Shown in pieces: positions 36,129 through 45,855 of a stretch of DNA of 55,195 nt. The DNA lies in IMG/VR virus record IMGVR_UViG_3300032323_002612, positions 1-55,195 of that record. One strand, given 5' to 3'. The first letter of the stretch is position 1; each line of letters opens with the position of its first letter. The notes beneath the pieces are model-generated. The model made no database searches. It saw only the letters and a program-made list of their open reading frames with translations, and was not told the origin of the DNA. A program made the position numbers and the translations under genes. This stretch comes from a virus. Lineage: Duplodnaviria; Caudoviricetes.

Positions 36129-36826
36129 GTTTTGGGAAGATTTTGGGTTTGCATTTTTTGTGCCAAAACGTGACTGGGATCACCAGCATTGAATGGTTTT
36201 CCATTGTACAACATTTGACCAGCAGGATCAAATGTTACTTTGGCTGGCTGGCCACGCTCAGAGCCCTCTGCATCTGTGCCAGAAAATGCTCTGACGTTTT
36301 GTGCTTGAGCAATCATGGTGGCCAGACTTTCCCAGGCACGACTCATTGCAGCAGGATCTGTCTTGGGTGCCATGGTGGCCTTGATCACTTCTTCTTTGGC
36401 TTGCATTAATTTTTCAATAGTTGCTTGGCTTTGCCCGCTAGTATCTTTGGCATTAGCCAGCTTGGTTACATCAAATCCCGACAGGCTGTTGATCAAGGTC
36501 TGAAGTTCCAATTCAATTGCAGGCAGTTTGATTTGATCTACACTTATGATCTTGGGCTTGTGTTGTACAATCATGTTTTGTACTTCGGTGGCCCAGGTTT
36601 CTTGAGCTTTCTTGGCCAAGGCCTTTATCATGCCAGCATTCATTTTCATTGCAGCACCTTGTCGCTGTGCTGCGGTTGCATAGGGACCTTCACGACCACT
36701 GGGATCATCTAAATTGGCACCCACTGCTGATGCAGCTTTTTGTGCTAGAGCACCGCCTAGAGTACTGGCCATTGCACCCAGTACTTCATTGACTCTGGGT
36801 TTTCTTGTTATTTCATAAATCTGCAT
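36125..36826 (-). CDS. Hypothetical protein (putative internal head protein)
   Basis: Starts MQIYEIT..VNE; Ala-rich. Confidence 0.6.
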   Translation of the reverse strand: MQIYEITRKPRVNEVLGAMASTLGGALAQKAASAVGANLDDPSGREGPYATAAQRQGAAMKMNAGMIKALAKKAQETWATEVQNMIVQHKPKIISVDQIKLPAIELELQTLINSLSGFDVTKLANAKDTSGQSQATIEKLMQAKEEVIKATMAPKTDPAAMSRAWESLATMIAQAQNVRAFSGTDAEGSERGQPAKVTFDPAGQMLYNGKPFNAGDPSHVLAQKMQTQNLPKT

Positions 36827-37073
36827 CAGTTTTCCTTACTGATCTGGAAAACTTTCCAGAATCTTTGGTTCGTATGGCATTGAGCAATTTGCGTGTGAGA
36901 TTTTCTGCCTGGTCTCTAGGAAACTCGGATTCAATCTGTTCTATCAAGCGTATAGCAGAAGCAATCACATTGCTGGCACGACTTTCAATGATATGCCTGC
37001 GATCACGCTCAGCATACTTTTCTTCGTACAATGTGTCCAATTCTTCCAGGATACTTTTTGTTTTCTTCTGCAT
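36813..37073 (-). CDS. Hypothetical protein
   Basis: 86 aa; TAAATA upstream. Confidence 0.7.
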   Translation of the reverse strand: MQKKTKSILEELDTLYEEKYAERDRRHIIESRASNVIASAIRLIEQIESEFPRDQAENLTRKLLNAIRTKDSGKFSRSVRKTDADL

Positions 37074-37152
37074 TGTTCAAGGGCCTTTGGATTATTTAGC
37101 GGATTCTGAATTCTAATAAATATCTACAACTGCTGCAAAGCAAAGGAACAAC

Positions 37153-38106
37153 ATGACCAGTCAAATCAACCCCCAAGACATCAACGGCAACTATCCAGTT
37201 GCTGGGCAACCCAACAACACCAAAGGGTTTCGTGATAATTTTACCAATACCAAAACCAACTTTGAGTATGCGGCCAACGAGATCACCGAATTACAAAACA
37301 AAGCTGTGCTCAAGCAAGCATTGACTGGTGGTACTTTGGACAACAACATGAATGATGCCTTGCTCTATGCAGCCAAGATACAAGATTTTAGTGCAACGTC
37401 GGTGCAGATTGCAACCACTTCGGGCTTGGTCAACATTGACTATACTGCTGGTCATTATCAGCGTGTGAGTACCACAGGCAGTATCAATTTGGGTTTCTCT
37501 AATTGGCCTGCCAACAACTCAGCTGGTTGGGTCCGCGTGGTCATCAACATTACTAGCACTGCTCACACAGTAACTCTGCCCGCTGAAGTAAGTGTGGGTA
37601 CCACTGGTATTCAGGGTCTAGCAGGCACTGTGATCACATTTGCTGCCACTGGCACATACAGTTTTGAGTTTGTGAGTTATGACAGCGGAGCAACTATTAC
37701 CATCCAAGACCTTAGTCGTCCACTGAACCGTTATACCAACGGAGTGACTTCTAATTCTGCCACAGCAGGCATTGGATATGCCACAGGTGCTGGAGGTGCT
37801 GTAACTCAATTGACCAGCAAAAGTACTGGTGTTACCCTAAACAGAGTGTCGGGACAAATTACCATGAACAATGCGTCGTTGGCCGCGGCTGCAGAAGTCA
37901 GCTTTACACTGACCAACAGCACCATTGCTGCCACTGACGTAGTTTATACCTGCATTGGATCTGGTGCCACCGCTGGTGCTTACAACACACAGGTAGATGC
38001 TGTGGCCGACGGCAGTTGCAGAATTGGAGTGGGCAACAAAAGCACCGGCCCTCTCAGCGAAGCCATTGTGTTGAACTTTGTTGTGATCAAGGCGGTAGCC
38101 GGCTAA
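37153..38106 (+). CDS. Putative virion structural (tail-associated) protein
   Basis: YPVAGQPNNTKGFRDNF N-terminus, T/G/S-rich; TAAATA and AAGGA upstream. Confidence 0.65.
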   Translation: MTSQINPQDINGNYPVAGQPNNTKGFRDNFTNTKTNFEYAANEITELQNKAVLKQALTGGTLDNNMNDALLYAAKIQDFSATSVQIATTSGLVNIDYTAGHYQRVSTTGSINLGFSNWPANNSAGWVRVVINITSTAHTVTLPAEVSVGTTGIQGLAGTVITFAATGTYSFEFVSYDSGATITIQDLSRPLNRYTNGVTSNSATAGIGYATGAGGAVTQLTSKSTGVTLNRVSGQITMNNASLAAAAEVSFTLTNSTIAATDVVYTCIGSGATAGAYNTQVDAVADGSCRIGVGNKSTGPLSEAIVLNFVVIKAVAG

Positions 38107-39283
38107 TCATCTCTGCCAGTTCATGAAACGTCAAAGCTAGATCTTGTTGTCGCAACAGGTCTAGCTTTTTTGTTGACTCCAAGAACTTGGTCCACAGTTG
38201 AGGTTGATTGCTCAATGGCATATCCATGAAATCCAAGATGCTGGTGATTTGCCAATTAGGCGAACTTGCTTCTAATTTGGCTCGCACTTGTTGTTTGATA
38301 ACATCGGGCATGGCTCGCACATTGAGATATTGAGGATGGTGCACCATGTTGTAAAACACAGGAATACTGCGAGCACAAAAATATTCTTGTAGTTCTATGA
38401 CCTGCAACACATTCAAAACACACACTGTGATGCAAACATGCATGCGAATGTTGTTGTGATTGCGAACAAGATTCTGATAGCGAGCAAGATTTTGTTCCAC
38501 TGTACTCCAGGTTTCACCATAGCGTATGTAATCATAATGTGCACCAATACCGTCAATGCTGACATCAATTACTACACTTTTGAATTGAGCAAGAATGTCA
38601 ATGTAGTCTTGATTCCATACTGTGCAATTGGTGTTGATGTGTATGCTTTGCTGTGCCGCTCGTCCTGACTCCACACTTTTTTGTAGAATCACAAACACAT
38701 TGTCCAACAGCATAGGTTCTGCACCATAGATATCGTAGTACTCTACATCAGTGAACCAAGTTTCTAGGTCAGACCATAGCTGTGTGTTGTCCCGATCATA
38801 GCTGGTGCGTATTCGACGCCATCTTTCGAGATATTTGCGATAATCAGGTTCCTGTTCACGTGCTTCAACTTCCCAGTAGTCCCGATACCATTTGCTTGAC
38901 ACCTCGGGCCAGCATGTTCTGCAGGCCAAGTTACAGGTGTTACCGGGCTTGAGATCTACCAGCTGTGGACGTTCAGGATTGACTGTGATATCGGCAAACT
39001 GTCGGTTGGCCTCAGTGCGACGGCTTGTACGGCCAGCACTTTCTTCATTCCAACATGCACTGCAATTTGGATGCTGAATGCCAGCTTCGAGATCTGCTTG
39101 AATTTGTTTTCGAGTAGGACTATTCCAGGCCTGTTCAATGGTGCCTGTGTCTAGATATATTTCTTGCCCTGACTCATCTTGCAAGTAGGTTTGGCTGTGG
39201 CAGCACAGCAAACATCGTCCCGAATTGTGTAATGCTAGGCCTGTGTCAGCCCAAGCACAATACAAATTTTTGCCTTTTTCCAT
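38087..39283 (-). CDS. Radical SAM protein with twitch/SPASM-like N-terminal domain
   Basis: YCAW...LLCC...CSACW, CNLACRTC, GAEP, SIDG and YIRYG motifs. Confidence 0.88.
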   Translation of the reverse strand: MEKGKNLYCAWADTGLALHNSGRCLLCCHSQTYLQDESGQEIYLDTGTIEQAWNSPTRKQIQADLEAGIQHPNCSACWNEESAGRTSRRTEANRQFADITVNPERPQLVDLKPGNTCNLACRTCWPEVSSKWYRDYWEVEAREQEPDYRKYLERWRRIRTSYDRDNTQLWSDLETWFTDVEYYDIYGAEPMLLDNVFVILQKSVESGRAAQQSIHINTNCTVWNQDYIDILAQFKSVVIDVSIDGIGAHYDYIRYGETWSTVEQNLARYQNLVRNHNNIRMHVCITVCVLNVLQVIELQEYFCARSIPVFYNMVHHPQYLNVRAMPDVIKQQVRAKLEASSPNWQITSILDFMDMPLSNQPQLWTKFLESTKKLDLLRQQDLALTFHELAEMISRLPP

Positions 39284-39307
39284 TGTGTCCGTATCCTATG
39301 ATTAAAT

Positions 39308-39964
39308 ATGTATGCTATGACAGAACTATCAACTATATTCACTCCTATTCGTTACCTTGTGAGCAAACTGCATCTCAAAATGCCGTATTCTTATGCAGAA
39401 TTGATTGCTGAACTTGAAAACGAAGATTGGAAACCACACGGCGATGTTGCTCCTGTGGGACACAATCCATGGCCAGGCATGCGGTATAAAGTGCTGAGCC
39501 CAAAATGGGAGAACAAAAAACTAACTGAAATTAGTCGTTACTTTGGTAGTTCAGCATTCAAACGTCAGGCTATCAACTGGATGTACGACAACTACCCTGG
39601 CACAGATGTTGCCTGGGGTATGGATCGAGACACTATGTTCCGTCAAAGCGAATCACACATTGAATTTACCAGAGACATGCCGGGTTTTGTGAACGCCTTG
39701 CACACTGACTATAGAAAACTAATTGCCACTGGCATGATTTACTTTAGCAATCGTGATACAGAAGATCTCAGTAGTTATTTCTACAAATCAGAACAGCGTG
39801 ATGATCCTGTGCGTATGACCACCAACTTTGGAGACGGTTGGTGGCATCAAAATGGCAACTATACCTGGCACGAAGGATGGAATCGCACAGACTCTGTACG
39901 CTACAGTGGCCTGTTGGGACTGACTATATACACCGCCGATGCTCCTGTGTGGCCAGGTCAGTAA
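39308..39964 (+). CDS. 2OG-Fe(II) oxygenase-like protein
   Basis: LHTD (HxD), TWHEG and RYS motifs. Confidence 0.65.
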   Translation: MYAMTELSTIFTPIRYLVSKLHLKMPYSYAELIAELENEDWKPHGDVAPVGHNPWPGMRYKVLSPKWENKKLTEISRYFGSSAFKRQAINWMYDNYPGTDVAWGMDRDTMFRQSESHIEFTRDMPGFVNALHTDYRKLIATGMIYFSNRDTEDLSSYFYKSEQRDDPVRMTTNFGDGWWHQNGNYTWHEGWNRTDSVRYSGLLGLTIYTADAPVWPGQ

Positions 39965-41410
39965 TTACCCTGCCTTGATCTTGCCCAACATCTGTTTTAG
40001 TTTGGAACTTTGAACGTCTGCTGACACTTTGGGAGTGTCTGCGTATCTGCCTTGAGTGCTGGCAGCTGGTTCCCATGGAGCGGTGCTGTCTGTGTCGGCA
40101 TCAGCAGCCTTGACCTGACTACGGGCCTTGATACTTTCCATGATGTTGCTTTGAGACTTGTTGTATCCGCCTTCGTCCCCACCTTCATCAGTAATGCGCA
40201 TAGTTTCAATGTTGTACTCCAAATCAATTTTTTGACCAACGCCGGTCGAGCTTCGAGACTTCATACATTGTATTTGATACTTGCCACGCTCTTTCATAGC
40301 ACGACTTGTAAAGATACCAAATACGTTGTCAGCAGTGTTGATCTTTGAAATACCACCTGAAATGTGGCTGTGATCAAATTCAATTTCTTCCACTGCTGAT
40401 CGATTCAACTGTGATGCTGTTACCAGCAACACACCCAGCTCTTTGGCCAAGTTTCGTAGTTCTTCTGAAACATACTTGTCTTTCACAAACAAGTCGTTGG
40501 GACTGACCTTTGCACTCACCGGCATCAACAAGTCCAAGTAGTCTACCATAATAAAGTCTACTTTGATACCAGTTTGAATTTGTACTTCTTTGATGTAACT
40601 GCGAATGTCGTTGATGTTGCTTTGTGCCGGCAGGGCCTTGACTCTGTACTTGCCTGCTGTACGTCCTGTCATTTTGACCTTGAGCTCTGCTGAATCAATG
40701 TCCTTGCGAATCGCTTTGGTACTCATGCTGGTCAACATAGCGTCAGTTCGCAAACTGGTAAGTTCCTCACTCAATTCCAAACTGATATACACACCGCTGA
40801 GTCCTTGTTGCAACCAGTTTAGAGCAATGTTCATCATCACAAGCGATTTACCTGAGCCCGAGCCACCTGCAAAAATGTTGAGTTCACCTCTACTGAATCC
40901 ACCATAAAGCAGTTTGTCCAGTTGTGGCCAACCTGTTGATACTTGTCCACCTGAGTTGAAATATCGGTTGATACGAGCTGCAGGATCAGCAAAGTAGTCT
41001 GTGCCCATGTCCTTAGTCAGTGATATTTGTACAGCATCCTTGATCAGCTTTTCCACAGGATCAAACTCGCCTTTTTCTAGCAAGTCATAAGACTTTAAAA
41101 TAGCCCTAGACAGTTCTTCTTTTTTAGTAAAACCTTCGAACTCTTCCAAAAACCAAGCTTCGTGATTATCGCCCTGTAGTTCAGGCGGCAGCTCATTGAT
41201 CTTGATTCCTGTTTCTGCTGAAATTTGTAGTCGAGTGGGTAATGTGTTGTATTTGGCAGAGTAAGTTTTAATAAATTCAGCCGCTGGTCTAATACTTTTA
41301 TCAAAGTTTTCTGGATTATAAATGTTCTGCACACGCACATAACTTTGTGCGTCAGACAACATCATCTCTAAGAATAGTTTCTGGAAATCAATTCCGTAAT
41401 CTTTTTGCAA
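39965..41410 (-). CDS. Replicative DnaB/gp41-like helicase
   Basis: GGSGSGKS, LELSE, IMVDYLDL, TASQLNR and MKSR motifs. Confidence 0.92.
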   Translation of the reverse strand: MQKDYGIDFQKLFLEMMLSDAQSYVRVQNIYNPENFDKSIRPAAEFIKTYSAKYNTLPTRLQISAETGIKINELPPELQGDNHEAWFLEEFEGFTKKEELSRAILKSYDLLEKGEFDPVEKLIKDAVQISLTKDMGTDYFADPAARINRYFNSGGQVSTGWPQLDKLLYGGFSRGELNIFAGGSGSGKSLVMMNIALNWLQQGLSGVYISLELSEELTSLRTDAMLTSMSTKAIRKDIDSAELKVKMTGRTAGKYRVKALPAQSNINDIRSYIKEVQIQTGIKVDFIMVDYLDLLMPVSAKVSPNDLFVKDKYVSEELRNLAKELGVLLVTASQLNRSAVEEIEFDHSHISGGISKINTADNVFGIFTSRAMKERGKYQIQCMKSRSSTGVGQKIDLEYNIETMRITDEGGDEGGYNKSQSNIMESIKARSQVKAADADTDSTAPWEPAASTQGRYADTPKVSADVQSSKLKQMLGKIKAG

Positions 41411-42356
41411 GTTGTTTCTTCCTTATTTCAATTTTGTACTTGTTTGTTTCCCGAGCCTGCATAATAGTTAGCAAGGTACCTAGACGACCATATTTCTTCA
41501 CAGCATCATTGACGTCTTTGACGCCGTCTTGCCAGTTAGGTATACTCACTGCCCATCCCAGTTCTACAGCACGGTCAATTAGTTCTAGTCCTGCACTGTC
41601 TTGATCAGGCACTACTGTGATCTGTCGATCTAGGCTGCGTATCAGTCTGGCTTGTGCATCATTGATATCATTGTGCATCAAAGCCAGACCGCCTATACAG
41701 AGTGCATCAAATATACCTTCGGTCACAATCACATGCTGCCAGTCTGGATTCTGTAGATCAGTGCCAAACACATAGCCAGGCTGACTGTCGCTGAAGTATC
41801 TAGGGTTGTGTGCATCCAAAAAACGCTTGGTCCAACCTACCACACGATTGTTGTGTGTAAAAGGTATAATAATGCCTCGGCGTTTGCTCATGGGATCAAT
41901 CATGAATGGAAAATCCATTGGTGCATGACGTGCGTTCAAGTAACTCCAGTATGTGGTACCGGGCTGCACAAACTCTGCACCAGCAGGCAGTTCACGCTCT
42001 TCAAACTCAATGCCTTGCAACACGTTGAATGTTCGTTGTCGATCTTCTATCAGGCCATTGACGCTGCGATGACGTAGGCTTTCTAAATTGGCAAATTCAA
42101 TATCTCGATCAGACACACCCAACCAGCTCAAGAGCCTACGGGCCTTATAACTTAATGTACGGCCCTGGATAAAGCTGGCAGTGTATCCGCAGTTGAAGCA
42201 GTGATAACTCCAACCCTGATCAGACAACTTGATACCGCCGCGACTACGACGGTCTGAACTGGAACCATTGTGATGACAACATACTGCATTGAAACTCAGC
42301 CAGCCGCTGGGGCTAGCTTTGCGTTTGGCAGGTAGGTATGTAACAATATCCAGCAT
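41388..42356 (-). CDS. DNA primase (gp61-like; Zn finger and TOPRIM)
   Basis: YHCFNCG, TEGIFDAL, PDQDSAG and KDVND motifs. Confidence 0.9.
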   Translation of the reverse strand: MLDIVTYLPAKRKASPSGWLSFNAVCCHHNGSSSDRRSRGGIKLSDQGWSYHCFNCGYTASFIQGRTLSYKARRLLSWLGVSDRDIEFANLESLRHRSVNGLIEDRQRTFNVLQGIEFEERELPAGAEFVQPGTTYWSYLNARHAPMDFPFMIDPMSKRRGIIIPFTHNNRVVGWTKRFLDAHNPRYFSDSQPGYVFGTDLQNPDWQHVIVTEGIFDALCIGGLALMHNDINDAQARLIRSLDRQITVVPDQDSAGLELIDRAVELGWAVSIPNWQDGVKDVNDAVKKYGRLGTLLTIMQARETNKYKIEIRKKQLAKRLRN

Positions 42357-42380
42357 CTGCTTATTGTAGCAGATTATTGC

Positions 42381-43451
42381 TTATCTATACAGCAAATTGG
42401 TGACAGTACCATTGTTTATGACAACATTGGCATAGGTAGTGCTGCCGAATGTGATGGGTAAGTATCCTGACCCGCCAGCAGTAACTGTGATAGCTCCAAT
42501 CTGGCCATCGCCGGCATAGGATCCAACGGCTTCTGCACCTGCACCGTTGCCCACAATAACTATGTTGGGTGCAGCAATGTAGTTTTGCCCAGCATTGGTT
42601 ACCGCGATGCCAGTGACCACACCATCCACAACTGTGGCAGTGGCTTGTGCACCATAACCCTGACTTTGATTCAAGGCCACACGGATTAAGGGATGAAACC
42701 CTTCTACATTGAGATAGATAGTTTTGGTTTCGTTTAGATATTGAGTACTGTCCGTGACATCATACCAAGCCGACAGGTAATCTTCTGCTGCCTGAGCCTT
42801 GATGGTACCTGTAAAATGATGCAGATCCATTTTGATGGTGGTCAAACTTGCACCGTGTGTAGGAATTTCACTGCTGTAAAATTCAGTTGTTTGAGTGTAG
42901 TTCTGCGGCTGTGGAGTCAGTGCCCAGTCTGGCCATCCTGCAGGGGGGTTTTGGGGCCAGCTAGTTGGACCATATATTGTGGGTATAGTGAGATTGTTGC
43001 TGAGTTGAAATTCAGGAAAAATTGAATCCACAATGTTGCAGTCAGCACGAGCTTGACTGTTGGCGTCTGTGTAAACTGCCTGTACATAATCTCCAGATGT
43101 GCGTTGGATGCTGTAGCTAGCTGGTTGTGCTATGAGATTGATAGTGTCTGTGGTAGTTAGCGTTACTTTGACCCTACCAGTAGCAGCACTGAGAATAGTC
43201 ATGTCTTTGGTCAGCAACAGTTCGTCACCGTCTTGGCTGATCAATCTAAACACAAAGGCACTGCCAGTAATGTTCACAGGCTTTTGATCCTGGTTGATAA
43301 ATTCAAACAACAGCACGTTGTCCACGCCCTTGTTGATAGTTAGTTGTTTTGCGTACACTGGGTTATACCTCGCTGTGAAATAGCCACCACCGGTGTCAAT
43401 CAATAATACTTTGGTAATTTGTTGGTATAAGTATGCTGTGGTGGAATACAT
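42381..43451 (-). CDS. Putative virion structural protein (BppU-like N-terminus, Gly-rich repeats)
   Basis: NKGVDN..FEFINQDQKPVNITG and GITVT.AG.GY repeats; TAAATA upstream. Confidence 0.6.
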   Translation of the reverse strand: MYSTTAYLYQQITKVLLIDTGGGYFTARYNPVYAKQLTINKGVDNVLLFEFINQDQKPVNITGSAFVFRLISQDGDELLLTKDMTILSAATGRVKVTLTTTDTINLIAQPASYSIQRTSGDYVQAVYTDANSQARADCNIVDSIFPEFQLSNNLTIPTIYGPTSWPQNPPAGWPDWALTPQPQNYTQTTEFYSSEIPTHGASLTTIKMDLHHFTGTIKAQAAEDYLSAWYDVTDSTQYLNETKTIYLNVEGFHPLIRVALNQSQGYGAQATATVVDGVVTGIAVTNAGQNYIAAPNIVIVGNGAGAEAVGSYAGDGQIGAITVTAGGSGYLPITFGSTTYANVVINNGTVTNLLYR

Positions 43452-43471
43452 AGGATCCTCGAACAATATTT

Positions 43472-43849
43472 ATGGGCAACGACATCTTTACTAAATTGGC
43501 AGAAAAATATCCCTTTATCACGCTGTGCTTGTATGCAAACGTGGAATATGTGGGCATAGTTCAAAACAGGGACGACACTGTTACTACCATCTACGACTTT
43601 GGGCATGTTACAGACTTGCAGGACAAACTAACGTTTTTGGAATTGGCCAACACTTGGTGGTGGGAAAGCAATCGCAGTATACCTATCAACATCTTTTTAC
43701 GCGGTGAATGGGACCAATTTAGACACACTCTACGCACATTCAGCAACAAAGATTTGGAGATTTTACACGGCCCTGCTTGCAGTTTGCTGGACATTGCTCG
43801 CAAAAAGAGCAAGCGAAAATCTATTACACTGGTTCGACGGCTTGATTGA
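43472..43849 (+). CDS. Hypothetical phage protein
   Basis: EYVGIVQN and WWWESNRSIPINIFL motifs. Confidence 0.7.
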   Translation: MGNDIFTKLAEKYPFITLCLYANVEYVGIVQNRDDTVTTIYDFGHVTDLQDKLTFLELANTWWWESNRSIPINIFLRGEWDQFRHTLRTFSNKDLEILHGPACSLLDIARKKSKRKSITLVRRLD

Positions 43850-44393
43850 GTAAATTCATATGCAGTGCCACCAAGGCTGCATAACTGATTGCATGGGCTT
43901 TTTTAAACGTATAACCCCGGCTGGTATCTCCATCCCACACACTTGCAAACACTTCTGCCCAGGGTCGGCGTTGTAGATGTGCTTTGCCCGGACGAATAAT
44001 CGATATAAAAGCAGCCAGTCTTGGTATTGAATCTGGCTTCATTTCTTTCAACAAATCATAGTAATTGCCCACGTGTGCTAATTGACTAACCCAATGTGCG
44101 TCAGTCCACAGTCGGTGCCACGGAGGCGTTGCGGCCAGCATGGCTTCGTAGTGCTCAGGCGTTTGTATCAAACTGTACACACTCATGTTCAGGAAGTCTA
44201 GTTTGAAATAACCACGCTGTTCCGCTGTTTCGTAGTCTATGGCTGCACACTGATTTACAGAATCTTGCGGAATATCAGTTACGTATACTCCTGAATTGTG
44301 TTTTCTTCCATCACTTTGTCGTGCAGCAGTATGCCGAATCAATTTCAGCACAGTATTGCGATCAGCAAAGTCAATGTCAATATCTGCACTCAT
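43824..44393 (-). CDS. Miniature DnaE (Pol III alpha)-like catalytic fragment, 189 aa
   Basis: ADIDIDF, KHNSGVYV, GYFKLDFLN, ISIIRPG and GYTFKKAHAISYA occur in DnaE order. Confidence 0.8.
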   Translation of the reverse strand: MSADIDIDFADRNTVLKLIRHTAARQSDGRKHNSGVYVTDIPQDSVNQCAAIDYETAEQRGYFKLDFLNMSVYSLIQTPEHYEAMLAATPPWHRLWTDAHWVSQLAHVGNYYDLLKEMKPDSIPRLAAFISIIRPGKAHLQRRPWAEVFASVWDGDTSRGYTFKKAHAISYAALVALHMNLLNQAVEPV

Positions 44394-44737
44394 TTTACAT
44401 CACACAAGGCCACTGCAATACGCACAGCTTCCTCGGCTCGTTGTTGTGCAGCCAGTGCATCGGCCACTGCGGAATGTTTGGCAGCAAGGGCCTTCATGCG
44501 TTCTTCTTCAACCATACGGTTCTGTGCCCAACGTATGATTTCCCGTGTTTCGCCGTCCAGTTCAACGGTTGGATAGCCGGATAGCAGCACCAACCACGAG
44601 CTGCCATCATATACTTCAAGATTGCCGTTGATGTAGCGAACCATTCCTGCACTGGGTATGTTGGTGTTGATATAAGGAGCACTGTACGCACTGCCCGTTA
44701 CGGTTATGCCTGCACCGCCTGTGATGTTTCTAATCAT
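44390..44737 (-). CDS. Hypothetical protein
   Basis: 115 aa; GMVRY...LEVYDGSSW motif. Confidence 0.7.
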   Translation of the reverse strand: MIRNITGGAGITVTGSAYSAPYINTNIPSAGMVRYINGNLEVYDGSSWLVLLSGYPTVELDGETREIIRWAQNRMVEEERMKALAAKHSAVADALAAQQRAEEAVRIAVALCDVK

Positions 44738-44738
44738 G

Positions 44739-45428
44739 TTACCATCCTGCTTGAGTTAAAATTTGTTGTGCATATGCCTTGTCATCGGGGCTTTGTTGTA
44801 GCTTTTTGAGCCACACATCCGAATCAATATAGGGCCAGATCATGCTGACCTGTTGAGGATGCAAACTGGCCAAGAACTGCTGACCTGAATCACTACAGTA
44901 TATGGTCCATGGACTGAGCCTGCCCGATGAAATAGCATAACACACAGCATGTATATTGCCATATCTCAAGCAGTCATGTGGAGCCGCTTGATTGTTTTCT
45001 GCCCAGGTCAGGCTGTACTCAATGGCTCGGGCCAGTGCATCTTCCACAGCCTCCACTTTGAGATAGTCCAACAAATATTCTGTGTACACTCGATCTGAAC
45101 ACCAGTAATCAATTTTTTTGTTGTGCTTCAACAACCATGTCATGAACTGACCAGGATTTATTGTGCGAGTGTCTACACAGTAACGTCCAAACTTTACAAA
45201 CGCACGATAGTATGCACTGCTGGCAAAGTCTTCAAAGGTCTTGGCTTTTGTTGATCGTTGCACTGTGGCATAAAACTTTATGTAGGCCTGAAAGCCCAGT
45301 CTCACACCAGGCTCATTCTGTTCTTGATGCCGCCGCTTGGCTTCGCACACATGAACAGCCATACTGGTTTCTTTGGCAAAGGTTTTGTTGCAAAAGTCAC
45401 AGCTGAATTTACTTGGGGTCGTTGCCAT
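44739..45428 (-). CDS. Zinc-finger protein
   Basis: CDFC...HVC N-terminal finger; lies in the replication cluster. Confidence 0.7.
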   Translation of the reverse strand: MATTPSKFSCDFCNKTFAKETSMAVHVCEAKRRHQEQNEPGVRLGFQAYIKFYATVQRSTKAKTFEDFASSAYYRAFVKFGRYCVDTRTINPGQFMTWLLKHNKKIDYWCSDRVYTEYLLDYLKVEAVEDALARAIEYSLTWAENNQAAPHDCLRYGNIHAVCYAISSGRLSPWTIYCSDSGQQFLASLHPQQVSMIWPYIDSDVWLKKLQQSPDDKAYAQQILTQAGW

Positions 45429-45855
45429 GCTGACGAATGTATGCATCTAGTTCTTTTTTGGTTGTGATTGACGCCAACAAGTCAATCTCATCATTTTTCA
45501 AATGCGGAAACAGTTCGCTGAGTTGTTTCTTGAACGAACTAGCACCGGGTTCTTTTTTCTTGGGTGCAATCCAGGGATGCCGAGGCGTACCCATGTCTGG
45601 GCTCACAGTAGTCGCCAACAGCCATTGCAGTTTGGGATGTTTGCCCAGATCAAAGAAGTGCTTGTTGAATCGTTCATTGCAGCTAATCACATAGAACTCC
45701 TGCAGGTCTCGCGATCCCTCCACTGAACTGCCCCAACGTATCATGAGATAGTTTGAGAACTTCTTGCGTTCTTCAGGAGTAAGCTCATCGTAAAAGTCTC
45801 GATTCTTGCGATCAAATTGTCGCATCTCGTTAGCAATGTTTAGTTTGTCACTCAT
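45409..45855 (-). CDS. Clamp-loader small subunit (gp62-like)
   Basis: FSNYLMIRWGS...N...HPKLQW...HPWI pattern and replication context. Confidence 0.6.
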   Translation of the reverse strand: MSDKLNIANEMRQFDRKNRDFYDELTPEERKKFSNYLMIRWGSSVEGSRDLQEFYVISCNERFNKHFFDLGKHPKLQWLLATTVSPDMGTPRHPWIAPKKKEPGASSFKKQLSELFPHLKNDEIDLLASITTKKELDAYIRQHGNDPK

